From Chitinophagales bacterium (GTDB taxonomy: Bacteria; Bacteroidota; Bacteroidia; Chitinophagales; JADIYW01), in NCBI GenBank assembly GCA_023957245.1, contig JAMLHJ010000014.1:16248-80247 (forward strand): a DNA stretch of 64,000 nt. The letters run 5' to 3'. The number at the start of each line of letters is the position of its first letter. The stretch's first letter is position 1. Below are positions 36,104 through 46,181 of the stretch, in pieces. The notes beneath the pieces are model-generated. The model had not been told where the DNA came from. It made no database searches and was given only the letters and a program-made list of their open reading frames with translations. Both the position numbers and the translations under genes were made by a program.

Positions 36104-37600
36104 TTAAAATTTGATACCCACTGAAACAATGAAATTGCTCCTATTGAACTTGGAAGTTAATACATCAGAAGGTGCTAAAGATACATTGTAAGGCACTATA
36201 AAAGCGTCACTCAATTGATGAACATAAGCCACATCTGTATAAAAGCTTTTTCCTCTATAACCCAATCCTCCAGAAATCGCCATCTGATTATTTTTGGCAA
36301 GATGATTTACTGCATCTTGGTCTGAATATGCAGAGCTACGATATTGAAAACCCACTCTAGCTCTATACTGCTCAGCGATAATACCTTCCAATCCCACTTT
36401 GACTGTGTGTACTGATTTGTATTTGTTTTTGATAGATTCATTCAAACGCTCTTCAGCATCTTTAGAATTATACATATCATCAGTGAAGACATACTTATTT
36501 TTTGCAGGATTGGTATATTCATATTCTACAGTAGCAAAACCCAAATTAGAATTGACATAAGATAAGCCTGTATTCAATTTCAGTGGAGAAATATATTTAT
36601 AATCAAAATACCCTTCGGCAGGCTTATTAAAATTATCTAAAGTATAAGTTTCAAAATCTGCTCTAAAATAAGTAGCATACAAATCTTTCAAACTATATCT
36701 TGTCGGAGTAGTAAAGGAAGCTCCTATTCTTAAATCAGGAGTAGGAATGAACAATACTCCTATTTTAGCATTGATTCCGTTGCCTTCAGTTCTATATTTA
36801 TCCCTTTTGTCCCAATAATTAATTTCTCCGCTTATATTGGTTTCATCTGTTTCTCTGACATAAAATTCTTCTTCATAGTTGATAAATGGAATGCCAATAT
36901 TCATTCCTACCATGAATTGGTCATTAATCGCAACACCCGTTCCAAAAGAGAAATCACTAAGACTGCCAGACCTTTTAATTTCAAATCTTTGTGTTAATGG
37001 AAGCTCCAAAATTGAAAAGAAAAAATTATCATCTGTCCTACCAATCACTCCTGATTCAAAAGCCAAGCTAGCTCCAAATGGATAATTATTCATCGCTCTA
37101 CTACTGTCAGCCCCATCACCGTTCAGCTGTTCTGCATATATATCACTATAAGAGCTATGATCATTAATTCCCTTAGCAGAAATACTTTGATTAAAATTTT
37201 CTTGTCGGTTGTATGATGCAGCAAGAGTAATATTCTTTATACCTTTAAAATTTCTTTTGGGAACATATACCATTCCAAAATTATTCAATTGAAAAGCTGC
37301 CTTTTGAACATCTGTGGAACTACCCAAATAATTATTAGCACTTTTATTTACATTAAATCCTCCAGAAAAAGATACTTCTGATAATCCCATTTGACCTAAG
37401 CCAGCAGGATTAGAATTTAATGTAGAAATATCTCCACCCAAACCAGCAGTCGCATTACCTATCGCTGCCGATCTTGCAGTACCCAAAGAGAGTGGAGTAC
37501 TATATCTCAACGCATCTATATCTGTTTGCGCAGTTACAATTGTCCAACTTCCCAAAAAAGAAAGTACAGCGAGAAAAATTTTTGAATTACTCAAACTCAA
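36104..37600 (-). CDS. FadL/OmpP1/TodX-like outer-membrane transport beta-barrel
   Basis: 498 aa. Signal peptide. N-terminal block GTARSAAIGNATAGLGGDISTLNSNPAGL is typical of the FadL family. C-terminal aromatic residue (GIKF). Confidence 0.55.
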   Translation of the reverse strand: MSLSNSKIFLAVLSFLGSWTIVTAQTDIDALRYSTPLSLGTARSAAIGNATAGLGGDISTLNSNPAGLGQMGLSEVSFSGGFNVNKSANNYLGSSTDVQKAAFQLNNFGMVYVPKRNFKGIKNITLAASYNRQENFNQSISAKGINDHSSYSDIYAEQLNGDGADSSRAMNNYPFGASLAFESGVIGRTDDNFFFSILELPLTQRFEIKRSGSLSDFSFGTGVAINDQFMVGMNIGIPFINYEEEFYVRETDETNISGEINYWDKRDKYRTEGNGINAKIGVLFIPTPDLRIGASFTTPTRYSLKDLYATYFRADFETYTLDNFNKPAEGYFDYKYISPLKLNTGLSYVNSNLGFATVEYEYTNPAKNKYVFTDDMYNSKDAEERLNESIKNKYKSVHTVKVGLEGIIAEQYRARVGFQYRSSAYSDQDAVNHLAKNNQMAISGGLGYRGKSFYTDVAYVHQLSDAFIVPYNVSLAPSDVLTSKFNRSNFIVSVGIKF

Positions 37601-37624
37601 TTTATTTAAAATTTTAAAAGTAGT

Positions 37625-38695
37625 TTACTTATTTGTTCTTTGCATAGAACCTCCACTCCTCTGTGGAGATTGATTTTGACTTCCTTTCCCAGTCGAACCA
37701 TTACCTTGAGATCCACCAAAACTTCCTCCTCTATTAGGTGTAGCGTTATTCTCTGGTCGATTATATCTATCAGGAACAGCATTTTTATACCTATCAGGCA
37801 CATTATTCGGTTTGGACTGATATTTATCTTTTCCACCTTGATTAATATTGGGAGACGGAGTATTAGACGGTGCAGTATTTTTAGGAGTGTATTTGAAATT
37901 TCCACTTCCATTATTTGGATTCACAGAAGGGTTGGAATTATTTTGTGGACCACGATTGATGCCTGTTTTTCCACCATCATACTGAGAACCATTGTAATAA
38001 GAATTATTATAGCTACTACCTCTTGGACCGTAATACATGTTATTTTGATATGGTTTATAATCATTATGATGATGATGATTGTTATTGCCACCCCAACCCC
38101 AATAAGGATTCCAAGTATTATAATACGGACTATACCAATTGCCCCAACCCCAATTATTGTAAGAATAAAACGGGTCAAAATAAGTAGGCGTAAACCATGT
38201 ATTGAAACCTATATTCCATGAAGGTCTTCCCCAGCCAAAATATATAGATGAGCTATAAAAAGGATTCCAAAATGAAGAACCATAACTACCATAATTAGAA
38301 TATCCAAAACCAGTTCCTATTCCAATTCCATAGTTAAGTCCCGAATTGAAACCTGTATAAAATGGGCTATAATAATCAAAGCCATAATTAGAACTATTAA
38401 ACCTTCTTATTCTTTCTGTATATGTACCATAACCAGAAGAATATTCATCATCTACATACAATCTGCTATTACTATTATCTTCATAGCTATTAGGAGATGT
38501 ATAGTTTGATGAAGAAGAAGGTTGATACGATGGGCGATCATCTGTATATCCCACAGTCCTTCTTTTCTCCTGCGAATACGATGGACGATTGTTATAAACA
38601 TCGTCAAAATAAGTATAACCCGATCTGCTAGAGCTACAAGAAGCAGCGATTAAACTACCAAGTCCTATAATGAGCAATATTTTTTTCATGTTCAT
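37625..38695 (-). CDS. Low-complexity Y/W/F-N-G-S-P-rich lipoprotein
   Basis: Start placed at MNMKKILLIIGLGSLIAASC (lipobox). The mature part is dominated by Y, N, S, G, W and P, with an HHHH run and a VPDRY(K/N) duplication. 24 nt upstream of the FadL-like gene. Confidence 0.6.
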   Translation of the reverse strand: MNMKKILLIIGLGSLIAASCSSSRSGYTYFDDVYNNRPSYSQEKRRTVGYTDDRPSYQPSSSSNYTSPNSYEDNSNSRLYVDDEYSSGYGTYTERIRRFNSSNYGFDYYSPFYTGFNSGLNYGIGIGTGFGYSNYGSYGSSFWNPFYSSSIYFGWGRPSWNIGFNTWFTPTYFDPFYSYNNWGWGNWYSPYYNTWNPYWGWGGNNNHHHHNDYKPYQNNMYYGPRGSSYNNSYYNGSQYDGGKTGINRGPQNNSNPSVNPNNGSGNFKYTPKNTAPSNTPSPNINQGGKDKYQSKPNNVPDRYKNAVPDRYNRPENNATPNRGGSFGGSQGNGSTGKGSQNQSPQRSGGSMQRTNK

Positions 38696-38797
38696 AAATT
38701 TATAAAACCAGCGCAAAGTATAAAATATTATCTTTACGCTCTTATCAATATAATCAATTTTCGAGATTAAAAGTTCAAAAAACATACCAATTTTAAG

Positions 38798-40276
38798 ATG
38801 AGCAAGGAATTAACAAGTAGAAGCGAGGATTATTCACAGTGGTACAATGATTTAGTCCTTAAAGGAGGCTTAGCTGACTATTCTGCAGTAAGAGGCTGCA
38901 TGGTGATAAAACCTTATGGATACACACTTTGGGAAAACATCAGAGATGTACTGGACAAAATGTTCAAAGACACGGGACACGTCAACGCTTATTTTCCACT
39001 CTTTATTCCTAAGAGCTTTTTGAGTAAAGAAGCTGATCACGTTGAGGGATTTGCAAAAGAATGTGCTGTCGTCACACATTATAGACTAAAAAACGACCCT
39101 GATGGTGGAGGAGTTGTCGTAGATCCAGATGCTAAATTGGAAGAAGAATTGATTGTTCGCCCTACATCTGAAACCATCATTTGGAATACATATAAAAATT
39201 GGATACAATCTTGGAGAGATTTACCTATTCTTGTTAATCAATGGGCAAATGTCGTCCGTTGGGAAATGCGAACCAGATTATTTTTGCGTACAGCTGAATT
39301 TTTATGGCAGGAAGGTCACACAGCACACGCCACAGCACAAGAGGCTATCGAGGAAGCAGAAAGAATGCTAGAAGTATATGCCACATTTGCAGAAGACTAT
39401 TTGGCATTGCCAGTAGTGAGAGGTGTAAAATCTCCTAACGAAAGATTTGCTGGAGCGATTGATACATATTGTATAGAGGCATTAATGCAAGATGGAAAAG
39501 CCCTGCAAGCAGGAACTTCACACTTTTTAGGTCAAAATTTTGCAAAGGCATTCGATGTAAAATTCATGAACAAAGAAGGTAGAGAAGAATTGGTATGGGC
39601 AACATCTTGGGGCGTATCTACTCGTCTGATTGGGGCATTAATCATGGCTCACTCTGATGACAATGGGTTAGTTCTACCACCAAGATTAGCACCTTTCCAA
39701 GTCGTAATCATTCCATTTATCTCAAAAAATCCTGATGAAACAGCTGCATTGAAAGATAAAGCTGATGAAATAAAAGCTGCATTAAAGTCCAAAGGAATAC
39801 GTGTGCAAGTAGATGATGATGAAACCAAGCGACCAGGATTCAAATTTGCTGAATATGAGATGAAAGGATATCCAGTTCGTATTGTTATAGGCCCTCGTGA
39901 TTTGGCCAATGGAGTTGTAGAAGTGGCTAGAAGAGATACTAAAGAAAAGCAAAGTATGGCTTTAGAAGGCTTGGAAAATTCTATCGAAAATTTACTCAAA
40001 GAAATTCAGGATAATATGTACAATAAAGCACTCAATTATAGAGATGAACATATTACTCCAGCAAATACTTGGGAGGAATTTATTGACATATTGGACAATA
40101 AAGCAGGATTTGTATCGGCACATTGGGACGGAACTCCAGAAACTGAAGATAAAATCAAAGAACTTTCCAAAGCAACGATAAGATGTATTCCTATCAACAA
40201 TCCTTTAGAAGAAGGAAAATGTATTCTTACAGGAAAAGTATCTACACAGAGAGTATTGTTTGCAAGAGCTTATTAA
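38798..40276 (+). CDS. proS: Proline--tRNA ligase (short type without an INS editing domain)
   Basis: 492 aa. Class II aaRS motifs and a C-terminal zinc-binding-like domain. The N-terminus is typical of this ProRS type. Confidence 0.93.
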   Translation: MSKELTSRSEDYSQWYNDLVLKGGLADYSAVRGCMVIKPYGYTLWENIRDVLDKMFKDTGHVNAYFPLFIPKSFLSKEADHVEGFAKECAVVTHYRLKNDPDGGGVVVDPDAKLEEELIVRPTSETIIWNTYKNWIQSWRDLPILVNQWANVVRWEMRTRLFLRTAEFLWQEGHTAHATAQEAIEEAERMLEVYATFAEDYLALPVVRGVKSPNERFAGAIDTYCIEALMQDGKALQAGTSHFLGQNFAKAFDVKFMNKEGREELVWATSWGVSTRLIGALIMAHSDDNGLVLPPRLAPFQVVIIPFISKNPDETAALKDKADEIKAALKSKGIRVQVDDDETKRPGFKFAEYEMKGYPVRIVIGPRDLANGVVEVARRDTKEKQSMALEGLENSIENLLKEIQDNMYNKALNYRDEHITPANTWEEFIDILDNKAGFVSAHWDGTPETEDKIKELSKATIRCIPINNPLEEGKCILTGKVSTQRVLFARAY

Positions 40277-40355
40277 TGAATAATTCTGTATCTTTCAAGG
40301 TCTGATTAATCACATTAAAAATTGACCAACAAATGGATATAGATATTCAATCCAC

Positions 40356-40396
40356 CTTCTTAGAATTCCTAAATTAACCTTAGGTCTTCTAAGAAG
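40356..40396. terminator. Bidirectional hairpin between convergent proS and dnaE2
   Basis: cttcttagaa / ttctaagaag perfect 10-bp arms, with an inner cctaa/ttagg stem. Confidence 0.55.
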
Positions 40397-40474
40397 CTAT
40401 TAGATACATTGGGAAATGAAACACAACATTATTATTATCTAAGAAAGAAAAAGTATATCGGCAACCCTACCCTA

Positions 40475-43411
40475 TCAACTCCTTGGATCAGATTTCAATG
40501 GCATTTTGGCACAACGATACACTTCTATACTCGGAAAATCATACTCAACCACACATTTACCCTCTAAAAGGTACAAACCTTTCCCTTTTAAAGGATAGGC
40601 CTGAATACTTTTAGAAAAATGTACTGTTTCAAAATAATTGCCATCTACGTCACAAAATGTTCCAAATTTCATTAACAAGCCTTTTGAGGTGCGAATCGTC
40701 TTCCAAGTCAACAATTGGGCAACAATTCTGACGATTTGACCTTGAGCAGCTTTCAGATTTTCAACTTTTATATTTCCTCTATAATCTGATTTTGCCAAAT
40801 CAAACAAAGTCCCAGATATAGGAAATCCCAAATATTGAATCTCATCATACAAATGTTCCAAATACTGAGTTTGAAATTTAGGTAGGGAAGCTATTTCCAA
40901 TGGACTTTCAAAAAGGCACCATCTATCTGAAATCACATCTCGTTGTTGATTGGCAACAATATGAGCTGTCCACAGAAGTTCTTTCTTATCTATTTCTAAA
41001 AAGCGAAATGCACCACAATGTATCAGAATCAGTATTTGTTCCAAATTTGCACTAGTACGAAAATAAAAATCTTCTACACTTAAAAAAATACCATTTCTCA
41101 ATCGCTCTTCCTCAATCAAATGAGCTAGGCACTCCTCCATATTTAAGATTCCATCAAAACCCAAATAGACTTTATTGCCATCTATTGATGTACAAAAATA
41201 ACTGTGATTAACACAAGGAAGACAGACTTCTCCACCAGCTTTTTTCACCTCTTGCACATATACTTCTCTGGAATAAAATCCTCCATAATTATTCAGTACA
41301 GCCACAATAAACTCCAATGGAAAGTACGTTTTCAGATATAGACTCTGATAACTTTCTACAGCAAAAGATGCACTATGTGCTTTACTAAAACTATATCCAG
41401 CAAAAGATTCAATCTGTCTCCAAACTTCTTTAGCAACACTATCAGCATATCCTTGATGGCGACAATGAGTAAAATACTTGTCCTCTATTTCTTCTAAATA
41501 TTTCTTATTGCGATATTTCCCACTCATCATCCGCCTCAGTACATCGGCATCTGCTAAGTCAAGACCTCCAAAAAAACAACCAATTTTCATCACATCTTCT
41601 TGATAGACCATCACACCATAAGTCTCTGCCAATTGTTCTTGAAACACAGGGTGAGGATATTTTACAGATTCGGGATGAAGATGCCTATCAATATACGCTT
41701 GCATCATACCAGACGAAGCAACTCCTGGTCGAATAATCGAACTAGCTGCCACTAAAGTCAGATAATTATCACATTTGAGCTTTCGCAATAACTGGCGCAT
41801 TGCTGGGCTTTCTATATAAAAACAACCTATTGTATTACCATTTTGAAGTTGAGATGCAATTTTTGAATCTTCAAACAACTGCTGCGTGAGAGGTATATTT
41901 ATCGGAGTGCCTCTATTTGCCCGTACCAATTCCTTACAATCTTTAATATGCCCAATTCCCCGTTGTGAAAGGATATCAAATTTTTCAAACCCAATATTTT
42001 CTGCAGCATACATATCATATTGCACTGTAGGCAAGCCTTTAGGTGGAAAATCCAATGCCGAGTAATAAGTCAAAGGCTCTTCGGATATCAGCACTCCTGA
42101 CGAATGAATTGTTCTTTTATTGGGAAAATCCATCATCTGATGATAACTTCCCAATACCGTTTTTGCAATTGTATTATCATTCAATTGATGCTGAGGTTCA
42201 AATATTAAACGATCTATTTCGGACTTGGAGAGTCCATAAACTTTGCCTAATTCCCTAATAACAGAGCGATCCTGAAATGTACTCATCGCTCCCATCAAGG
42301 CTGTATGTTGATGCTGGTATCTTTTAAAAATATAATCATACATTTCATCTCTCTCCTTCCAAGAGAAATCTACATCAAAATCTGGCGGGCTTTGTCTTTT
42401 GGGATTTAGAAAACGTTCAAAATACAAATCTAATTCTATAGGGCAGACCTCTGTTATTTCTAAACAATATGCCACAATACTATTTGCCCCACTCCCTCTA
42501 CCCACATAATGAAAATTTCGATTTCGAGCATAACGGCAGATATCATCTGTAATCAAAAAATAACTAGAAAAATGAAGTTGGTCAATGATGGCTAGTTCCT
42601 TTTCAATTCGTTCCTTGGCTATCTTGTGATGCTTGCCATATCTTTTTTGCCATCCATCTAGCGCATATTTCTGTAATAAAAGTTTGTCATCATAAGCATT
42701 GCCTGTAAAAAATCTTTTATTCTTAGACGTATGAAAAGTAAACGCTATATTACAGGACATCAACAACTGTTCAGTGTTTTTTAGCAACAATGGCATTTCT
42801 TCAAAAGCATGAATCAACTCATTCTTATGAATGAAAATTTCATGCTCACTCCCTTTTTGTTCTGCTTCTAATCGAGAAATGAGCACATTGTTATCAATAG
42901 CTCTCAATTGATGATGCAACAAATAGTCTTGCACCAGATAAGATACTGTATGTAAAATAACATAATGTTCTAACTCTTTTTTAGACTGCCAAGACACTTT
43001 GTTCAATTCTGATATCCTTATTCCTACCCTCTCATATTCTCTCAAGCGATTAACTTCTATAGCACCATAAGGGTATATCACAAATACATTTTCAAATGCT
43101 GGCGCAGGAAAATCAAAATTATTATTATTTCTATTTGCTTGTGTCAAATAATCATTCAACTCTTTAAATCCTTCTATATTTTGAGCTATACCGAAATAAA
43201 GCAATCTCCCTTGATTTCTAAACTCAATACCGACTACTCCTTTTATCCCAGCATTATTGCATGTATTCACAAATTCTAATGCCGCCGTAGAATTATTGAT
43301 ATCTGTCAACACACCAATATCATATCCATGACTAATCAATCCTTCTACCAACTGAGCTATACTCAGCGTACCATATCTAAGACTATAATAGCTGTGCAAA
43401 TTGAGTATCAT
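40475..43411 (-). CDS. dnaE2: Error-prone DNA polymerase III alpha-type subunit (DnaE2-like)
   Basis: 978 aa. N-terminal PHP domain (LHSYYSLRYG), polymerase core and C-terminal OB region. Short compared with replicative DnaE and coupled to a Y-family polymerase gene. Confidence 0.8.
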   Translation of the reverse strand: MILNLHSYYSLRYGTLSIAQLVEGLISHGYDIGVLTDINNSTAALEFVNTCNNAGIKGVVGIEFRNQGRLLYFGIAQNIEGFKELNDYLTQANRNNNNFDFPAPAFENVFVIYPYGAIEVNRLREYERVGIRISELNKVSWQSKKELEHYVILHTVSYLVQDYLLHHQLRAIDNNVLISRLEAEQKGSEHEIFIHKNELIHAFEEMPLLLKNTEQLLMSCNIAFTFHTSKNKRFFTGNAYDDKLLLQKYALDGWQKRYGKHHKIAKERIEKELAIIDQLHFSSYFLITDDICRYARNRNFHYVGRGSGANSIVAYCLEITEVCPIELDLYFERFLNPKRQSPPDFDVDFSWKERDEMYDYIFKRYQHQHTALMGAMSTFQDRSVIRELGKVYGLSKSEIDRLIFEPQHQLNDNTIAKTVLGSYHQMMDFPNKRTIHSSGVLISEEPLTYYSALDFPPKGLPTVQYDMYAAENIGFEKFDILSQRGIGHIKDCKELVRANRGTPINIPLTQQLFEDSKIASQLQNGNTIGCFYIESPAMRQLLRKLKCDNYLTLVAASSIIRPGVASSGMMQAYIDRHLHPESVKYPHPVFQEQLAETYGVMVYQEDVMKIGCFFGGLDLADADVLRRMMSGKYRNKKYLEEIEDKYFTHCRHQGYADSVAKEVWRQIESFAGYSFSKAHSASFAVESYQSLYLKTYFPLEFIVAVLNNYGGFYSREVYVQEVKKAGGEVCLPCVNHSYFCTSIDGNKVYLGFDGILNMEECLAHLIEEERLRNGIFLSVEDFYFRTSANLEQILILIHCGAFRFLEIDKKELLWTAHIVANQQRDVISDRWCLFESPLEIASLPKFQTQYLEHLYDEIQYLGFPISGTLFDLAKSDYRGNIKVENLKAAQGQIVRIVAQLLTWKTIRTSKGLLMKFGTFCDVDGNYFETVHFSKSIQAYPLKGKGLYLLEGKCVVEYDFPSIEVYRCAKMPLKSDPRS

Positions 43412-43432
43412 AAAAAACGATATAAGCAGATA

Positions 43433-44572
43433 TTAAAAGGTAGAGCCACGCATTACGGAGCGATACCCGTACCTCATGCGGACACGATCCATCGCCTCTG
43501 AAAGATGTAAATCTGACAAAGTATCTTCAAACAAATCTGTCTGATAATTACCCGAAGTAATATCACTAAATCTAATCCCCACCAAGCGAATCAACATCCT
43601 TCTACTATAAAGCTTTTGAAACAGTGATAGCACTTTGGGAGCAATAACTCTCTCTGATGAAGTAAAAGATATTTTACTCTGCATCGTGTGAGTATCAAAA
43701 TTGCTATATCTAATTTTTAGCGTTATACAAGAAGTCAATTTACCTGCCTGCCTCAAATCAAAAGTCAATTCATCTACCATCGTCAGCAATAAGCGTTTCA
43801 GCAAGACCATATCTATTGTATCCACTTCCAAAGTCGTCTCCTTACTCATGCTCTTCTGTTCACTAAAAGGCAATACGGGAGTATCATCCAAACTATTGGC
43901 TTTATTCCAAATCGCTACACCATTCTTTCCCAACACTTTACGCAATGCGAATACATCCATCTGTTGTAAAGTAGCAATATGAGAAATTCCCATATTTCGA
44001 AGCAGTAAATAAGTCTTCTCTCCTATTCCTGGTATTTTACGAATAGATAAGGGAGCAAGAAAAGGAATTTCATTACCACTATCCACTTTTAATTCACCAC
44101 TAGGCTTAGCTTCTCCTGTAGCAATTTTGCTGACAGTCTTATTGGAAGAAAGACCAAAAGATATTGGGAGCCCCGTCTCTTTAATAATATACTGGCGCAA
44201 TTCTCTTGTCAATTTCCAAGTACCATAAAAACGCTCCATGTCTGTCATGTCTAAATAATGCTCATCTATAGACGCTTTCTCAACAACAGGAATTCGCTCT
44301 TGAATGATTTCTGTCACTATGCGAGAATATCGGCTATACACATCAAAATCTCCACGGACAATTATTGCTTCTGGACACAACTGGCGAGCCATTTTCATAG
44401 GCATAGCAGAATGTACACCAAGCCGACGAGCTTCATAGCTACAAGATGCGACTACCCCTCTATCTGAATCACCTCCTACTAAAACAGGCTGCCCTATCAG
44501 ATTGCTATTCAACAATCTCTCTACAGAAACAAAAAACGTATCCAAATCACAGTGAACTATTACCCGTTGCAT
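43433..44572 (-). CDS. dinB: Y-family DNA polymerase (DinB/Pol IV-like, catalytic residues present)
   Basis: 379 aa. CDLDTFFVSVE and SIDEHYLD catalytic motifs, HhH IPGIGEKT. 21 nt upstream of dnaE2. Confidence 0.85.
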   Translation of the reverse strand: MQRVIVHCDLDTFFVSVERLLNSNLIGQPVLVGGDSDRGVVASCSYEARRLGVHSAMPMKMARQLCPEAIIVRGDFDVYSRYSRIVTEIIQERIPVVEKASIDEHYLDMTDMERFYGTWKLTRELRQYIIKETGLPISFGLSSNKTVSKIATGEAKPSGELKVDSGNEIPFLAPLSIRKIPGIGEKTYLLLRNMGISHIATLQQMDVFALRKVLGKNGVAIWNKANSLDDTPVLPFSEQKSMSKETTLEVDTIDMVLLKRLLLTMVDELTFDLRQAGKLTSCITLKIRYSNFDTHTMQSKISFTSSERVIAPKVLSLFQKLYSRRMLIRLVGIRFSDITSGNYQTDLFEDTLSDLHLSEAMDRVRMRYGYRSVMRGSTF

Positions 44573-44600
44573 ATAATGATGATATTACAGAACAATATTA

Positions 44601-44650
44601 ATACAAATTGTAGCAACAACTTCCTATAATAATGATACAAATTATAGCAA
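44601..44650. promoter_or_regulatory. Two direct 16-mers, ATACAAATT(G/A)TAGCAA, upstream of dinB (candidate repressor sites)
   Basis: Copies at 44601-44616 and 44635-44650 (15/16 identical), 29-78 nt upstream of the dinB start. TACAAATTATAGC (44636-44648) recurs exactly at 58806-58818. Confidence 0.45.
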
Positions 44651-44895
44651 TATCAAAAAGAAAAATAAGACAATTTCATCTTAATTATCTAAAAAGATAG
44701 GTTGAGAAAATAATTTTAGACACTAAAAATATTTATAATGTAAAAAAAAGGTATCTTTTTTAGCAAAAACACATCAAAATCGCACTTTTTTTTACTTATT
44801 ATAAAAATTTAACCTAAAAATTACAAATCCATTTGCAAAAGAAATAATTTTAATTCTATTTTTGAGGAATAGTTCACCATTAAAATAGAAGTCAA

Positions 44896-45966
44896 TTGGA
44901 AGCTCAAGAATATAGCACAATAGAGGATAAGTTTCCTGGATTAATTCTGCCAGAAGCATATCAACCACGTATGGATACGCTAGCTACATCATACGCATTT
45001 CAACAATTAAAGAACTTCCTTGGAATCAACTTTGAGACCGAAATGCATTTACATTGGATCAATGCTCCATTATTTGTACAAAAAGGAACAGGAGTTAATG
45101 ATGATTTAAACGGCACGGAATGTCCTGTAAGCTTTCCAATTCGTGAAGTGAATAATATTCAAGCTGAAGTCGTACAATCTCTAGCAAAGTGGAAAAGAAT
45201 GGCATTGGCAAAATATAATATTCCAATGCACCAAGGCATCTATACAGATATGCACGCTATCCGTCCTGATGAAAGGCCAGATAATCTACATTCTATATTT
45301 GTAGATCAATGGGATTGGGAACTTAAAATAAGCGCAGAAGATCGCAATATTGAATTCCTGAAGAAAATTGTAAAAAAATTACACTTCATTTTCCGTAGAG
45401 CAGAAGCTTTTATGCATAAACAATACGGCATACAACCAGCATTACCAGAAAAAATTCACTTCATACATTCTGAAGAACTATTACAACGTTATCCTCACTT
45501 GAGCCCTCCAGAAAGAGAACAAGCTATAACAAAGGAGTATGGTGCAGTATTTATCATCGGCATCGGTGGAGCACTCTCAGATGGCAAACAACATGATGGT
45601 CGCTCTCCTGACTATGACGACTGGAGCACCCCTAATTCCAGTGGCTTCTCTGGACTCAATGGAGACTATTTATTGTGGCATCCAGTTCTCAATAGAGCTG
45701 TAGAAATCTCTTCAATGGGTATCCGTGTGGACAAAGAAAGTTTAATTAAACAACTAGAAATCAAAGGAGAAAATAGAAGAAAAGATTTATTGTACCACAA
45801 AATGCTCCTCAATAACGAACTACCTTTGACTATTGGTGGAGGTATCGGGCAATCTAGAGCAGGGATGTATTTCTTAAGAAAAGTACATGTCGGCGAAATC
45901 AGTGTAGGATTGTGGCCAGAAGAAATGATTCAACTCTGTAAAGAGCACAATATTAACTTGCTGTAA
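44896..45966 (+). CDS. asnA: Aspartate--ammonia ligase (asparagine synthetase A)
   Basis: 356 aa. AsnA-type class II aaRS-like core (APLFV...GVNDDLNG, DWDWE, GGGIGQSR). Start is TTG, or a nearby codon, so uncertain. Confidence 0.88.
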   Translation: MEAQEYSTIEDKFPGLILPEAYQPRMDTLATSYAFQQLKNFLGINFETEMHLHWINAPLFVQKGTGVNDDLNGTECPVSFPIREVNNIQAEVVQSLAKWKRMALAKYNIPMHQGIYTDMHAIRPDERPDNLHSIFVDQWDWELKISAEDRNIEFLKKIVKKLHFIFRRAEAFMHKQYGIQPALPEKIHFIHSEELLQRYPHLSPPEREQAITKEYGAVFIIGIGGALSDGKQHDGRSPDYDDWSTPNSSGFSGLNGDYLLWHPVLNRAVEISSMGIRVDKESLIKQLEIKGENRRKDLLYHKMLLNNELPLTIGGGIGQSRAGMYFLRKVHVGEISVGLWPEEMIQLCKEHNINLL

Positions 45967-45990
45967 GATAAATTACCGTTGTAAATATCT

Positions 45991-46022
45991 AAAAGCCCAT
46001 AGTTCCAACTATGGGCTTTTAG
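45991..46022 (+). terminator. Rho-independent terminator after asnA
   Basis: aaaagcccatag / ctatgggctttt stem followed by T residues. Confidence 0.75.
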
Positions 46023-46102
46023 ATATATTTCATATAGCGATTAAAAAGAAAAAACCTCACAAGGCAAAATTTTGCATAGTTATAATTTTCAAAAAATAAT
46101 TG

Positions 46103-46110
46103 TATCTTTG
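46103..46110 (+). promoter_or_regulatory. Candidate -7 promoter box (TATCTTTG) for the rpsP operon
   Basis: Exact TAnnTTTG, about 70 nt upstream of rpsP. Confidence 0.4.
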
Positions 46111-46181
46111 CGCACGTTTACAAACCCTGTTCATGCTATTGATAGCCAAGCAGGCATTAAAAAACAAAAAACATTTTTAAA

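Noticed and set aside
37606-38221. Three additional long ORFs overlapping the low-complexity lipoprotein gene (37606-37911 minus, 37640-38221 plus, 37921-38178 minus).
   Set aside because: The repetitive codon composition of the Y/N/G/S-rich gene keeps several frames open. Only the 37625-38695 frame has a signal peptide, a lipobox and operon logic with the downstream barrel gene.
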